From the IMG/VR virus record IMGVR_UViG_3300027819_000047, positions 1 through 27,420 of that record: a DNA stretch of 27,420 bases; one strand, written 5' to 3'. This DNA is from a virus (taxonomy: Duplodnaviria > Caudoviricetes). Below, one piece after another: positions 16,962 to 25,281 of the stretch (positions are counted from its first letter, which is position 1; every line of letters starts with the position of its first letter). The notes beneath the pieces are model-generated. The model saw only the letters and a program-made list of their open reading frames with translations. It did no database searches and was not told the DNA's origin. Made by a program: the position numbers and the translations under genes.

Positions 16962-17147
16962 TTGAACCTATCCCAACAGCGCACTGAATTCAAGTGGGGC
17001 ACATTCACCGAGCTTGATGATGAAGGCGATCTTCGCTCGATCCATTTAGCGCCGCTATTCGGGCGCGAGCATGTCTGTGCGTGTGACTGCTGGTGCCATC
17101 CCGAGCGCAATTCGTACTGTGTCGTTCTTCATAACGTGATGCACTGA
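16962..17147 (+). CDS. small Cys/His-rich hypothetical protein
   Basis: GGAG RBS with a TTG start; HVCACDCWCHP...VLHN; its stop overlaps the portal start. Confidence 0.6.
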   Translation: MNLSQQRTEFKWGTFTELDDEGDLRSIHLAPLFGREHVCACDCWCHPERNSYCVVLHNVMH

Positions 17148-19228
17148 TGGGCCTCGCCAGTTACAGCGCGGATTCTGCGGTTAATCCGGGCCTGCCTATC
17201 GACAAGCTCGACCGGTATCTGGACGAGATTCGCTTTGAACCGGTGTGGCGCAGGGATGCCGACCTGGACGCCTCGTATTATGACGGCAACCAGTTGGACG
17301 CCGCGACTCTAGACGACATGCAACGTCTGGGCATGGCCCCTCTTATCAGGAACCTGATAAGGCCCACGATTGACGTGGCTCTTGGCATGGAAGCAAAGAC
17401 TCGTTCTGACTGGCGTGTACAAGCCGATAACGACGAGCAACAAGATATGGCGGAAGCGATGTCCGCGAAGATGAAGGAAGCAGAGAGGGAGTCCGGCGCT
17501 GACAGGGCTTGTTCGGATGCTTATGCAGGACAGCTTAAAACAGGATTGGCGTGGGTCGAGGTGTCAAGAGAGCTTGACCCGTTCCGCTATCCCTACTTGG
17601 TATCAGCGGTAAACCGGAAAGAGATTTTCTGGGACTGGCGCTCGAAGAAACCTGATTTGTCTGACGCCCGTTACCTGGTTCGTAAACGCTGGCAGGATGC
17701 CGACATTCTCGAACTGATGTTCCCAGATGACAAGGAGTTGATCGAGCAGGTTGGGTTCTCAAGAGCTAATTGGGACACGCCGATCAGCGATATCACGGCG
17801 TTGCAGGGGCGCACATGGTTGCACGAACAAGCTTCAAGTCTTCCTGAGTCGGAGTGGAGAGACACGACAAGAAAAAGACTGTGCCTGTATGAAGTCTGGT
17901 ATCGGCTGTGGCAAAGGGGTTTCGTGATTCGCACCCCAGACGGTCGCACCGTTGAAGTCGATTTGAACAATACGAGACATGCGGAAGCGGTGGCAGCGGG
18001 TGTAGTAGAACCTGTACCAGCTATTTTCCCGAAGATGCGTCTGTCGTGGTGGGTAGGGCCTCACCGTATCGCTGATCTTCCAACTCCATACCGTCACGGG
18101 AACTTTCCGTATATCCCGTTTTGGGGTTATCGCGAGGACTTGACTCAAATACCCTACGGCTTGATCCGTTCGATGAGAAGTCCGCAGGACGAGATCAACG
18201 CGCGGCTCTCAAAGATGATGTGGCTGATGTCAGCTAAACGCACGACGATGGACGCTTCTCAGGTCGATGACGTTGACGAATTCAGACGTGAAGTAGCAAG
18301 ACCTGACGCTGTGCTTATCCTGTCAGCACGCAGGAAGAGTGAATCTGCTGGTGGGATATTCAAAGTCGATGACCAGATGGAACTGTCGAAGCAACAGTTC
18401 ATGGTCATGCAAGACGCCATGGAAGCCATTCAAAAGACCGCTGGTGTCTATCAGGCGATGCTTGGAGAAAAACAGGGACAGGTTTCATCCGGCATAGCGA
18501 TCAACAGCCTTGTTGAACAGGGAACCACGACTTTAGCCGAGATCAACGACAACTATCGCTTTGGTAGACGTGGAGTAGGACAAGCTCTAGCCGAATTGCT
18601 GATCGAGGACATGGGTTCACAACCCCAGGTCGTGAACGTGGATGCAAAGTTTGGAACGAAGAAGCGGCAGATCATCCTGAATAACCCGACTACCAAGAAC
18701 GGCATTCAGGTTCTGGACAACGACATTCAGAGAACGATGATCAAGGTGGCGCTTGAGGATGTTCCTAGTACCCCGACTTACCGGGCGCAACAGCTACTCA
18801 TGTTGAGTGAGATGACCAAGGCAATGCCGCCGCAGATTCAAGCGTTCGTCGTGCCATTCATTCTTGAGGCCAGTGAAATGCCTCACCGTAGAGAAATAGC
18901 GGATCAGGTAAGGAAAGCTCTCGGTATTGAATCCGGAGATCAGGAGCAGACGTTCACGAAGGATCAGGTTCAACAAATTGTTCAACAAGAGATCGAGAAG
19001 TTTGTCCAACAGTCAGAGATTGGCCTGAAGCAGAAAGAAGTTGATATCAAGGCGGCCGGATTGACGCTTGCCGAGAAGGACAGCGAAACGAAACGCTTGT
19101 TAGCTGACGCCAAGGTGAAGAAAGACGTGGCCGACACTGATCTGAAAGTCTTGGACACGTTGCTTGCTCATGATGCAGCTTTGGATCAGAACAGAGGGAA
19201 GCAGATTTCTAATGAGTTGGCGGCGTGA
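17147..19228 (+). CDS. portal protein (P22-like)
   Basis: 693 aa after terL; YYDGNQL, NLIRPTID, FPYIPFWGYRED, GLIRSMRSPQDEINAR, SGIAINSLVEQG; coiled-coil C-terminus. Confidence 0.92.
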   Translation: MGLASYSADSAVNPGLPIDKLDRYLDEIRFEPVWRRDADLDASYYDGNQLDAATLDDMQRLGMAPLIRNLIRPTIDVALGMEAKTRSDWRVQADNDEQQDMAEAMSAKMKEAERESGADRACSDAYAGQLKTGLAWVEVSRELDPFRYPYLVSAVNRKEIFWDWRSKKPDLSDARYLVRKRWQDADILELMFPDDKELIEQVGFSRANWDTPISDITALQGRTWLHEQASSLPESEWRDTTRKRLCLYEVWYRLWQRGFVIRTPDGRTVEVDLNNTRHAEAVAAGVVEPVPAIFPKMRLSWWVGPHRIADLPTPYRHGNFPYIPFWGYREDLTQIPYGLIRSMRSPQDEINARLSKMMWLMSAKRTTMDASQVDDVDEFRREVARPDAVLILSARRKSESAGGIFKVDDQMELSKQQFMVMQDAMEAIQKTAGVYQAMLGEKQGQVSSGIAINSLVEQGTTTLAEINDNYRFGRRGVGQALAELLIEDMGSQPQVVNVDAKFGTKKRQIILNNPTTKNGIQVLDNDIQRTMIKVALEDVPSTPTYRAQQLLMLSEMTKAMPPQIQAFVVPFILEASEMPHRREIADQVRKALGIESGDQEQTFTKDQVQQIVQQEIEKFVQQSEIGLKQKEVDIKAAGLTLAEKDSETKRLLADAKVKKDVADTDLKVLDTLLAHDAALDQNRGKQISNELAA

Positions 19229-19443
19229 TGGGTGCTGTCGTCAAGTTTAATCCAGTTGTTGTTGGCGACGGATTCAGGTTTGACCCAGATCAGATATTGG
19301 AAGCGGCCAAGGGAAAAGGCTTCGTCAATCTGGTGATCGTAGGAGAACTGCCAGATGGCGGTGACCTGTGGGTGAGCGGTATGGCCAACGCTGGCGAGAG
19401 CCTGATAATGATCGAGCGGGCGAAACTGCAAATCATAAAATAG
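19225..19443 (+). CDS. hypothetical protein
   Basis: 72-aa ORF coupled to the portal stop. Confidence 0.7.
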   Translation: MMGAVVKFNPVVVGDGFRFDPDQILEAAKGKGFVNLVIVGELPDGGDLWVSGMANAGESLIMIERAKLQIIK

Positions 19444-19452
19444 GGAGCCAGA

Positions 19453-20139
19453 TTGCAAGCGAACTTGCAGCGCAAGGAAGCCCGCAGGGACAAGGACGTT
19501 TATTACTACGACTGTAGGGTAGAGGCTATCTACAGACCGTTCTACGGGTTCGACATCGAGTTTGACGCCCACTACCAAGCGGTTAAGCCTTACACGGATA
19601 TGTCAATCGAAAGGCTGTGGACGATCTATCTCATGGCCAAGCAGTCAATGAACATCCTTGGATGTTTCATGGAGTGCGGAGTTTTTAGGGGTGGAAGTGC
19701 CGCGCTGATTGCGAACGTGGTCAACAACAGAAAGCCGTTGCATCTGTTCGACACGTTTTCAGGTATGCCAGAGTGCGATTCGATTCGTGACGATCACGAG
19801 GCCGGAGACTTTTCGGAAGTCTCGATTGAACAGGTAAGGAAGGTTGTCGGGCATCAGGGCAGCGTTGATTTCCATCAGGGCTGGATTCCAGATACGTTTG
19901 TCGGCAAAGAAGCGGCAAGGATAGCTTTTGCCCACATCGACGTTGACATTTACCGGTCAATGAAAGACTGCCTGGAGTTTATCTACCCGAGAATGACTGT
20001 AGGTGGAGTGATAGTGCTGGACGACTACGGACAGTTTACGTGCAGGGGCGCAAGGGATGCGATTGACGAATACTTCGAGGACAAGAGATCAGTCCCGATG
20101 CCGCTGATGAGCAAGCAGGCTTTGGTGTTCAAGATATGA
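19453..20139 (+). CDS. TylF/MycF/NovP-family O-methyltransferase
   Basis: GCFMECGVFRGGS, LFDTFSGMP, GWIPDTF, FAHIDVDIYRS, GGVIVLDDYG, GARDAIDEYF. Confidence 0.92.
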   Translation: MQANLQRKEARRDKDVYYYDCRVEAIYRPFYGFDIEFDAHYQAVKPYTDMSIERLWTIYLMAKQSMNILGCFMECGVFRGGSAALIANVVNNRKPLHLFDTFSGMPECDSIRDDHEAGDFSEVSIEQVRKVVGHQGSVDFHQGWIPDTFVGKEAARIAFAHIDVDIYRSMKDCLEFIYPRMTVGGVIVLDDYGQFTCRGARDAIDEYFEDKRSVPMPLMSKQALVFKI

Positions 20140-20399
20140 GTGCGATCACCCATTCATCTGGTACACCGTCGTTCATGGCCCCGGCGCCGTCGTTCAGTTT
20201 TTTCGAGCAGGCGATTCAAGGGCAACTTGTAAACTTTGATGTATTCGATGAATTAGGCGGCGGTTGGTATCAATACCGAAGCGTTCAGATTGAACTCTAC
20301 GCGCCGGGATGGATTGGCGGGTATGACGACGACGATGTAGCGCACGCCGTCATCATGGCCAGAAAAGTTCCATATCAATTTGCGGGAGTGCGTTGGTGA
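20136..20399 (+). CDS. hypothetical protein
   Basis: 87-aa ORF coupled between the two methyltransferase genes. Confidence 0.6.
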   Translation: MSAITHSSGTPSFMAPAPSFSFFEQAIQGQLVNFDVFDELGGGWYQYRSVQIELYAPGWIGGYDDDDVAHAVIMARKVPYQFAGVRW

Positions 20400-21907
20400 C
20401 TGATTTTGCTGCGGCTGTTAAATTCGACTTGCTCCCATTCATAAATGGAGAGGGCCTTGATATCGGATGTGGAGATTTCAGGCCATGGGATTGGCCGGTA
20501 GGCATAGATATAAAGGCCGGCACTACGGCGCGCGGCCCGAATCAGATACGTGATGCCCGACAACTTGACGGATACTTTGCAGCAGAATCTCAAGACTTCA
20601 TATTTTCGAGCTACCTGCTGAACGAGCTTGAAGAGTGGTCCTCGGTACTGTCGGGCTGGTGGAAGCTCATCAAGCCGAACGGTTACCTGATTTTGTTTAT
20701 GCCGCTCGTCGAAGCAGCGGCGGCAGATGGAGACAAGCCTGCCGTCAAAGCATGCACGCCGCAGATGGTTGTCGATGCGATGGCGGGTTGTAGACCGTGG
20801 CAGTTTGTCGAAGCAAAGGTAAGCGCAGGATCATTTTTCCATGTGTACCGCAAATGCGATACGCCGACCGTGCTTGAGGTTCCAGACCCGGAGAAAATCT
20901 GCGCGGTGCTGAAATTAGGCGCGCATGGTGATGCGTTGTGGGCGTCCAGTGTGTTACCCCATCTGAAAGAACAGGGGTATTACACGATTCTCTACACGCA
21001 GGACACGGGCGAAGAAGTGTTGAGACACGATCCTCATATCGACAGGCTGATCAAGTTTGAAAGTCGTGTCCCTATGGGGGAATTGGGAAACCTGTTCGCG
21101 TGGCTGGAAAAGAAGTACCACAATTCGAGGATTCTGGTCGAATGCGTTGAAGGAACTCTTCTACCAAGTCCGCAGAAAATTCAGTATTGGTTCCCGCCCG
21201 ACATGCGCGACATGTTGATGAACTTCAACTACGTCGAAATGCACCATCGCCGGGCTTTGGTACCCTTGGAACCACGGGTAAAGTTCTACCCGAACGAGGA
21301 AGAAAAGCGTTGGGCGAACAAGATGCGCTCTGAAATGACGGAACGGGTTGTCGTGGTTGTTCCAAATGGTTCCAGCGTGTCGAAGATGTGGCCTTACACG
21401 GCGGAATTCTGCGAACGGCTGTTGAAGCGCAAGGACGTGACGGTCGTAATGCTTGGTGATGAACGGGGAATGGACTTTTCTGCCTTGGACGATCACAAGC
21501 GTTTCAGGAAGATCGGCATGAGTTGGAATATCAGGCAAGCTATGACGTTTGTCCAACTGGCTGATGTGGTGATGGGGCAGGAGACTGGGTTACTCAATGC
21601 GGTATCGCACGAACCCGCTGTGCATAAAATCGTGTTGCTCAGTCATTCGTCGGAACAAAATCTTACCCGTGACTGGCCGAACACTGTAGCGATCAGGACA
21701 TACCCGGAATGCGCTGGAAAGTCGGGATGTCACCGGCTCCAATACGATTGGAGCACTTGCAACAAGGATGAGGCGACCGGTGCTGCCAAGTGTCAGGCGA
21801 TGATACCGTGCGATCAGGTGCTGGATTACGTCAACACGGCGTTGGATGTGAATACCGAGCCAGAAATCGTGGCTCCAGAACAGCAGCGGTTACACGCTGT
21901 AGGATAG
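20393..21907 (+). CDS. class I SAM methyltransferase fused to a GT9 (heptosyltransferase-like) glycosyltransferase
   Basis: N-terminus: GLDIGCG, DFIFSSYLL, WWKLIKPNGYLILFMP. C-terminus: LGAHGDALWASSVLPHLK, HDPHID, SKMWPY, ADVVMGQETGLLNAV, and a C..GCH..C..C Cys cluster. Confidence 0.85.
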   Translation: MVTDFAAAVKFDLLPFINGEGLDIGCGDFRPWDWPVGIDIKAGTTARGPNQIRDARQLDGYFAAESQDFIFSSYLLNELEEWSSVLSGWWKLIKPNGYLILFMPLVEAAAADGDKPAVKACTPQMVVDAMAGCRPWQFVEAKVSAGSFFHVYRKCDTPTVLEVPDPEKICAVLKLGAHGDALWASSVLPHLKEQGYYTILYTQDTGEEVLRHDPHIDRLIKFESRVPMGELGNLFAWLEKKYHNSRILVECVEGTLLPSPQKIQYWFPPDMRDMLMNFNYVEMHHRRALVPLEPRVKFYPNEEEKRWANKMRSEMTERVVVVVPNGSSVSKMWPYTAEFCERLLKRKDVTVVMLGDERGMDFSALDDHKRFRKIGMSWNIRQAMTFVQLADVVMGQETGLLNAVSHEPAVHKIVLLSHSSEQNLTRDWPNTVAIRTYPECAGKSGCHRLQYDWSTCNKDEATGAAKCQAMIPCDQVLDYVNTALDVNTEPEIVAPEQQRLHAVG

Positions 21908-21911
21908 ATAT

Positions 21912-21986
21912 CGCGGATTGGCGCAGCAGTAGCGCGGGTGGCTCATAACCATCAGGTCATCGGTGCAATTCCGATATCCGCAACCA
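21912..21986 (+). tRNA. tRNA-Met(CAT), initiator type
   Basis: Cloverleaf: acceptor CGCGGAT/ATCCGCA with a C1:A72 mismatch, D stem GCGC/GCGC, anticodon arm GGTGG-CTCATAA-CCATC, T arm ATCGG-TGCAATT-CCGAT, encoded ACCA end. Confidence 0.92.
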
Positions 21987-22019
21987 ATTTTCGCAGGACC
22001 AGGCGATAGGTCAACAGGT

Positions 22020-22042
22020 AGCCGCATATAGCGGCTTTTTTT
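22020..22042 (+). terminator. intrinsic terminator
   Basis: AGCCGC-atata-GCGGCT followed by a T run. Confidence 0.8.
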
Positions 22043-22067
22043 ACGGGCTTTTCCCAAGGAGAAAACT

Positions 22068-22400
22068 ATGAGCTTAGGCCCGGACACAATCCCTACCGTC
22101 TTCGATCTACTCGATGGCGAGGGGACCTCGACTGGCACTCGTGCCGGTCTGGCAATGGGGCTTCCGCCCGGTCGAAAGGCAGTTCAAATCTCGGTGGTCA
22201 CGTCAGCAACGCAGACCATTCAAGTGCAGAACTCGCTCGACAAGACCAACTGGTTCAACGTGATTCTCGCGACGAACACCAGTCTGTTGGCGGAAGTCGA
22301 TTCGGTGGTCCCGTTCTGGAGAGTGAACATCTCAGTTCATGCAACCAGCGGAACCGGAGCGTCAGCGGCTACGGTAGCGCAAATCGCTCAACTGGTGTAG
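22068..22400 (+). CDS. Thr/Ser-rich beta-strand protein, putative virion decoration
   Basis: AAGGAG RBS; IQVQNSLDKTNW motif like that of 14496..14864. Confidence 0.7.
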   Translation: MSLGPDTIPTVFDLLDGEGTSTGTRAGLAMGLPPGRKAVQISVVTSATQTIQVQNSLDKTNWFNVILATNTSLLAEVDSVVPFWRVNISVHATSGTGASAATVAQIAQLV

Positions 22401-22409
22401 GGGGCCGAT

Positions 22410-22784
22410 ATGGCGACAGTCAAATTGGTTTCCTATGAGGAACAGAACGCCAATCGTATCGCAGGCGTGCAGGTGGATACCGCCATTTACGTGGGAACGG
22501 GGTCCGGCGCGACTGGGATGCCAGTGTTGAAAGTTGGCGTCAATCCTCCCGTCTATGTGCTGGAAGGCACGCAGACAGCCGCTTCGGTAAAGGTGTGCAT
22601 GAGCAACGAAAACGCCTACCACGGTGCAACACAGCGAATCGTTATCGGAACGGGGGCTGCTACTACCTCCATCGTTTCGGTCGTAACGGGTTCGCAGGCA
22701 GGGCCGACCATCAACACCATTACCAGTGGTGTGGGTCGTGAAGCAACTGTCGTTTTCGACGGCATAGCAAAGACTTGGCGGTAA
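22410..22784 (+). CDS. Thr/Gly/Val-rich putative virion protein
   Basis: 124 aa between portal and scaffold; GTGSGATG and GTGAATTS segments. Confidence 0.7.
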   Translation: MATVKLVSYEEQNANRIAGVQVDTAIYVGTGSGATGMPVLKVGVNPPVYVLEGTQTAASVKVCMSNENAYHGATQRIVIGTGAATTSIVSVVTGSQAGPTINTITSGVGREATVVFDGIAKTWR

Positions 22785-22844
22785 TTCGATTTGCCCGCGA
22801 CAAGGGCTAACTTCGCATCCAATGCGACAAATGGAGAATCCAGC

Positions 22845-23921
22845 ATGAGCAAGAACCTTCAGTATTACCTCGACCATACCGACGAAATGCCGACAGATCC
22901 AGCTGAAATCGAAAGGCTGGCCAATGAACATTTGGCACAAGCTAACGAAGCTGGAACCGAGGAATTGACGGTAGACAAGTTCGTCCCACCGGACGACAAG
23001 GACGACAAAAAAGGCGTTTCGTCCGACGCGAAGGTCGAAGCGAAAGATGACAAGGCAGACGAGCAGGCTGAGGCGGAAGCGAAAGCCGTAGCCGATGCGC
23101 TGGCCGCGGACACAGCGAAAAAGGCTGATGACGCGGCGAAGGCTGAACTCCCAAAAGAGGAAAAGCCCGAAGGAATACTCGCAAAAGACGGCAAGAATGT
23201 CATTCCGTATTCTCAACTTGAAACCGCGCGTGCCAGAGCAACGGCGGCGGAAGCTCTTGCGAAAGAGCAGGCGGCTGAAATCGAACGCCTGAAGGCTGAG
23301 AAGTTACCGAAGGAAGATGTTGCGACGCTGACGAACGAGGAACTGGACACGCTTGAAGCTGACTCGCCGACGCTGGCGAAGACGCTGAGAGCGCAACAGG
23401 CTTCTATTCAGAAGCTGACTGAACAACTTCAAGCGGTGGCGGAGCGGCAGGAAGATCAAGCCGTGATTCAAGAGACTGAAGTCAAGTCAGAGATTCAATC
23501 TGCGATTGATGCGAATCCAACGCTTGCCGAATGGCAGACAGCGGAAGACCAGACGTTGTGGAATGAAGCCTCAAGATTCGACAAGGTTTTGCGGGAAAGC
23601 CCTGCGTATGCCAACAAATCATTCGCTGAACGGTTTACGAAGGTCGTGGAGTTGACGCAATCCGCTTTAGGGATTGTGGTTGAAACTACAAAGACGGAAG
23701 TAGAACTTCCGAAGCTCACGCCGGAGCAAATCAAGGCGGCGGCACAGGCCAAACTGAAGGGTAAGACCTCGGTGCCGGTGTCGTCATCGCAAATTCCGGG
23801 TGGTGCGCCTCCAGCCGTTGACGAGCGCGAGCGCGTCGAACAGATGTCGGTGCATGAGCTTGGCAACAAGTTCATGAACATGACGCCTGAACAGATGGAA
23901 GCGTATCTCACTACGTTATAA
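22845..23921 (+). CDS. capsid scaffolding protein
   Basis: Acidic, Ala-rich and helical; GILAKDGKNVIPYSQLETAR; directly upstream of the capsid gene; GGAG RBS before ATG 22845. Confidence 0.8.
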   Translation: MSKNLQYYLDHTDEMPTDPAEIERLANEHLAQANEAGTEELTVDKFVPPDDKDDKKGVSSDAKVEAKDDKADEQAEAEAKAVADALAADTAKKADDAAKAELPKEEKPEGILAKDGKNVIPYSQLETARARATAAEALAKEQAAEIERLKAEKLPKEDVATLTNEELDTLEADSPTLAKTLRAQQASIQKLTEQLQAVAERQEDQAVIQETEVKSEIQSAIDANPTLAEWQTAEDQTLWNEASRFDKVLRESPAYANKSFAERFTKVVELTQSALGIVVETTKTEVELPKLTPEQIKAAAQAKLKGKTSVPVSSSQIPGGAPPAVDERERVEQMSVHELGNKFMNMTPEQMEAYLTTL

Positions 23922-23938
23922 CCAATAAGGAGCCACTC

Positions 23939-24300
23939 ATGGCTACTACCAATATCCCCTATGGGTCAGCACTGGCCCGCAAGGTATTTGGTGCCGCCTT
24001 GTTTGCCGCCGTTCAAGTCAAGCCGGGTTTCATGAACCTGTTGACAGGACCGGCGCCCAAACAAGCCGAGGCGGAGTCGAAGCTGAAAGGCCAGACTTCC
24101 GCCGATTACCCGATCGTTCGTGTAACAGACCTGTCAAAAGGTGCTGGCGCGAGCGTGTCGGTGGACTTGTTCAACAATCTGAACGGCAAACCTACGATGG
24201 GTGACAAGCGCATCGCTGGCCGTCTGATGGGGTTGGATTACTCGTCGATGGACGTGCAGATCAATCAGTATCGCGGTGGAGCGGACGCAGGTGGAAGGAT
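23939..24300 (+). CDS. major capsid protein (N4-gp56/DUF4043 type), exon 1
   Basis: TAAGGAG RBS; PIVRVTDLSKGAGASVSVDLF...KPTMGDKRIAGR...INQYRGGADAGGR, ending with the AT of a split ATG codon. Confidence 0.9.
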
Positions 24301-25281
24301 TTATTGCTAAGTCCCCCGCTACGGAAACGTAGTGGTGTAAACTAGGTGAATTGCTGGGAAACCCTTAGAGCCTTAAGTGCTACAGCGTGGTCTGTAAAGA
24401 CGTGCGCGAATGCTTGAAAAACTTAGGATTGGGCAATCAGCAGGGAAGCCTCAAGAAATGCAACAGGTAGAATTACATGGCATCCATCGAAGTTATTCGA
24501 GGGGATGCAGGTGTGACGAATGTCGCGAAGGTGAGCGGCAATATCGCTCACACCTAAGGCTGATAACTGATTTCGACGCCCCGGAGTACAATCACGGGGA
24601 ACGACGCGGTTATCGGATGGGTTGTAGATGTGACGCTTGCAGAGAAGCAAACAATGCATACGACAAGTCGCTTACCGAACGGCGCGACTTGACGGCTCCC
24701 GACTTTCCTCATGGAACCAGTGTTGGGGTTAGGCGCGGGTGCAGATGCAATGTTTGTCTTGATGCAAAACGCAAGACCGAACGAGACAGGAAGCGGAATA
24801 GACGTGCTTCAGACTCAGAGTATGCGGATAGATTGCGCGCTCAGGGTCGCAAAAACATGTCGAAACCGAGGGCCAAAAAACTACACGTGGCGGCAGTAAC
24901 AAAGCGCAATGTTTTAAAGCGTGCCACCATCGTAGACGAGGCGCTGATAAAGCGAATCTATTTGGCTACTCCTGAAGGCTATACGGTCGATCACATCAAG
25001 CCGCTCGCAAGAGGCGGCGCACACAGCCCTGAGAATTTGCAGTATCTACCTGGTGCCATTAATACCGCAAAACATGCGCGGATTGATTACGATGTTTCAA
25101 AACATGTAATCAGATGGCAGGACGTTCTTGAGGAACCTTCAACGACTATCCCGCAAGGGAGTAGGCTGCAAGTGCAGCCGAAGTGCCTAGCCCCTGAAAT
25201 GGGGATGATATAGTCTGTTCTAGGGCGAAATCCCTAGCAGCGAAAGCGGGTTGGAAGTAACGAATCCAACCGAACAAAAAG
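24301..25281 (+). mobile_element. group I intron (IA2-like, 981 nt) in the major capsid gene
   Basis: P1 GGAU^UUA/UAAGUCC with a U.G pair at the splice site; P2 GAAA hairpin; P3 24342-47/25185-90; P4 24351-56/24438-43; P6a 24449-57/25125-33; P7 GACUA 25144-48/UAGUC 25211-15; P7.1, P7.2, P8 and P9-P9.2 hairpins; terminal G at 25281. Removal restores the reading frame. Confidence 0.93.
24458..25213 (+). CDS. intron-encoded HNH homing endonuclease with three HG..GCRC..C repeats
   Basis: YTVDHIKPLARGGAHSPENLQYLPGAINTAKH HNH motif; ATG at 24458 sits at the edge of the P6a stem. Confidence 0.87.
   Translation: MQQVELHGIHRSYSRGCRCDECREGERQYRSHLRLITDFDAPEYNHGERRGYRMGCRCDACREANNAYDKSLTERRDLTAPDFPHGTSVGVRRGCRCNVCLDAKRKTERDRKRNRRASDSEYADRLRAQGRKNMSKPRAKKLHVAAVTKRNVLKRATIVDEALIKRIYLATPEGYTVDHIKPLARGGAHSPENLQYLPGAINTAKHARIDYDVSKHVIRWQDVLEEPSTTIPQGSRLQVQPKCLAPEMGMI

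Noticed and set aside
21912-21986. tRNA as a prophage attachment site or host boundary
   Set aside because: Phage head genes continue on both sides, no integrase is adjacent, and I saw no duplicate of its 3' end in the window.
22362-23911. Long minus-strand ORFs (22362..23216, 22865..23203, 23495..23911)
   Set aside because: Antisense shadows of the scaffold and neighbouring genes, with no RBS or motifs.
24410-24457. ORF-track start of the HNH gene at 24410
   Set aside because: This stretch is the intron P5/P4/P6 region; ATG 24458 at the P6a loop is more plausible, though unproven.
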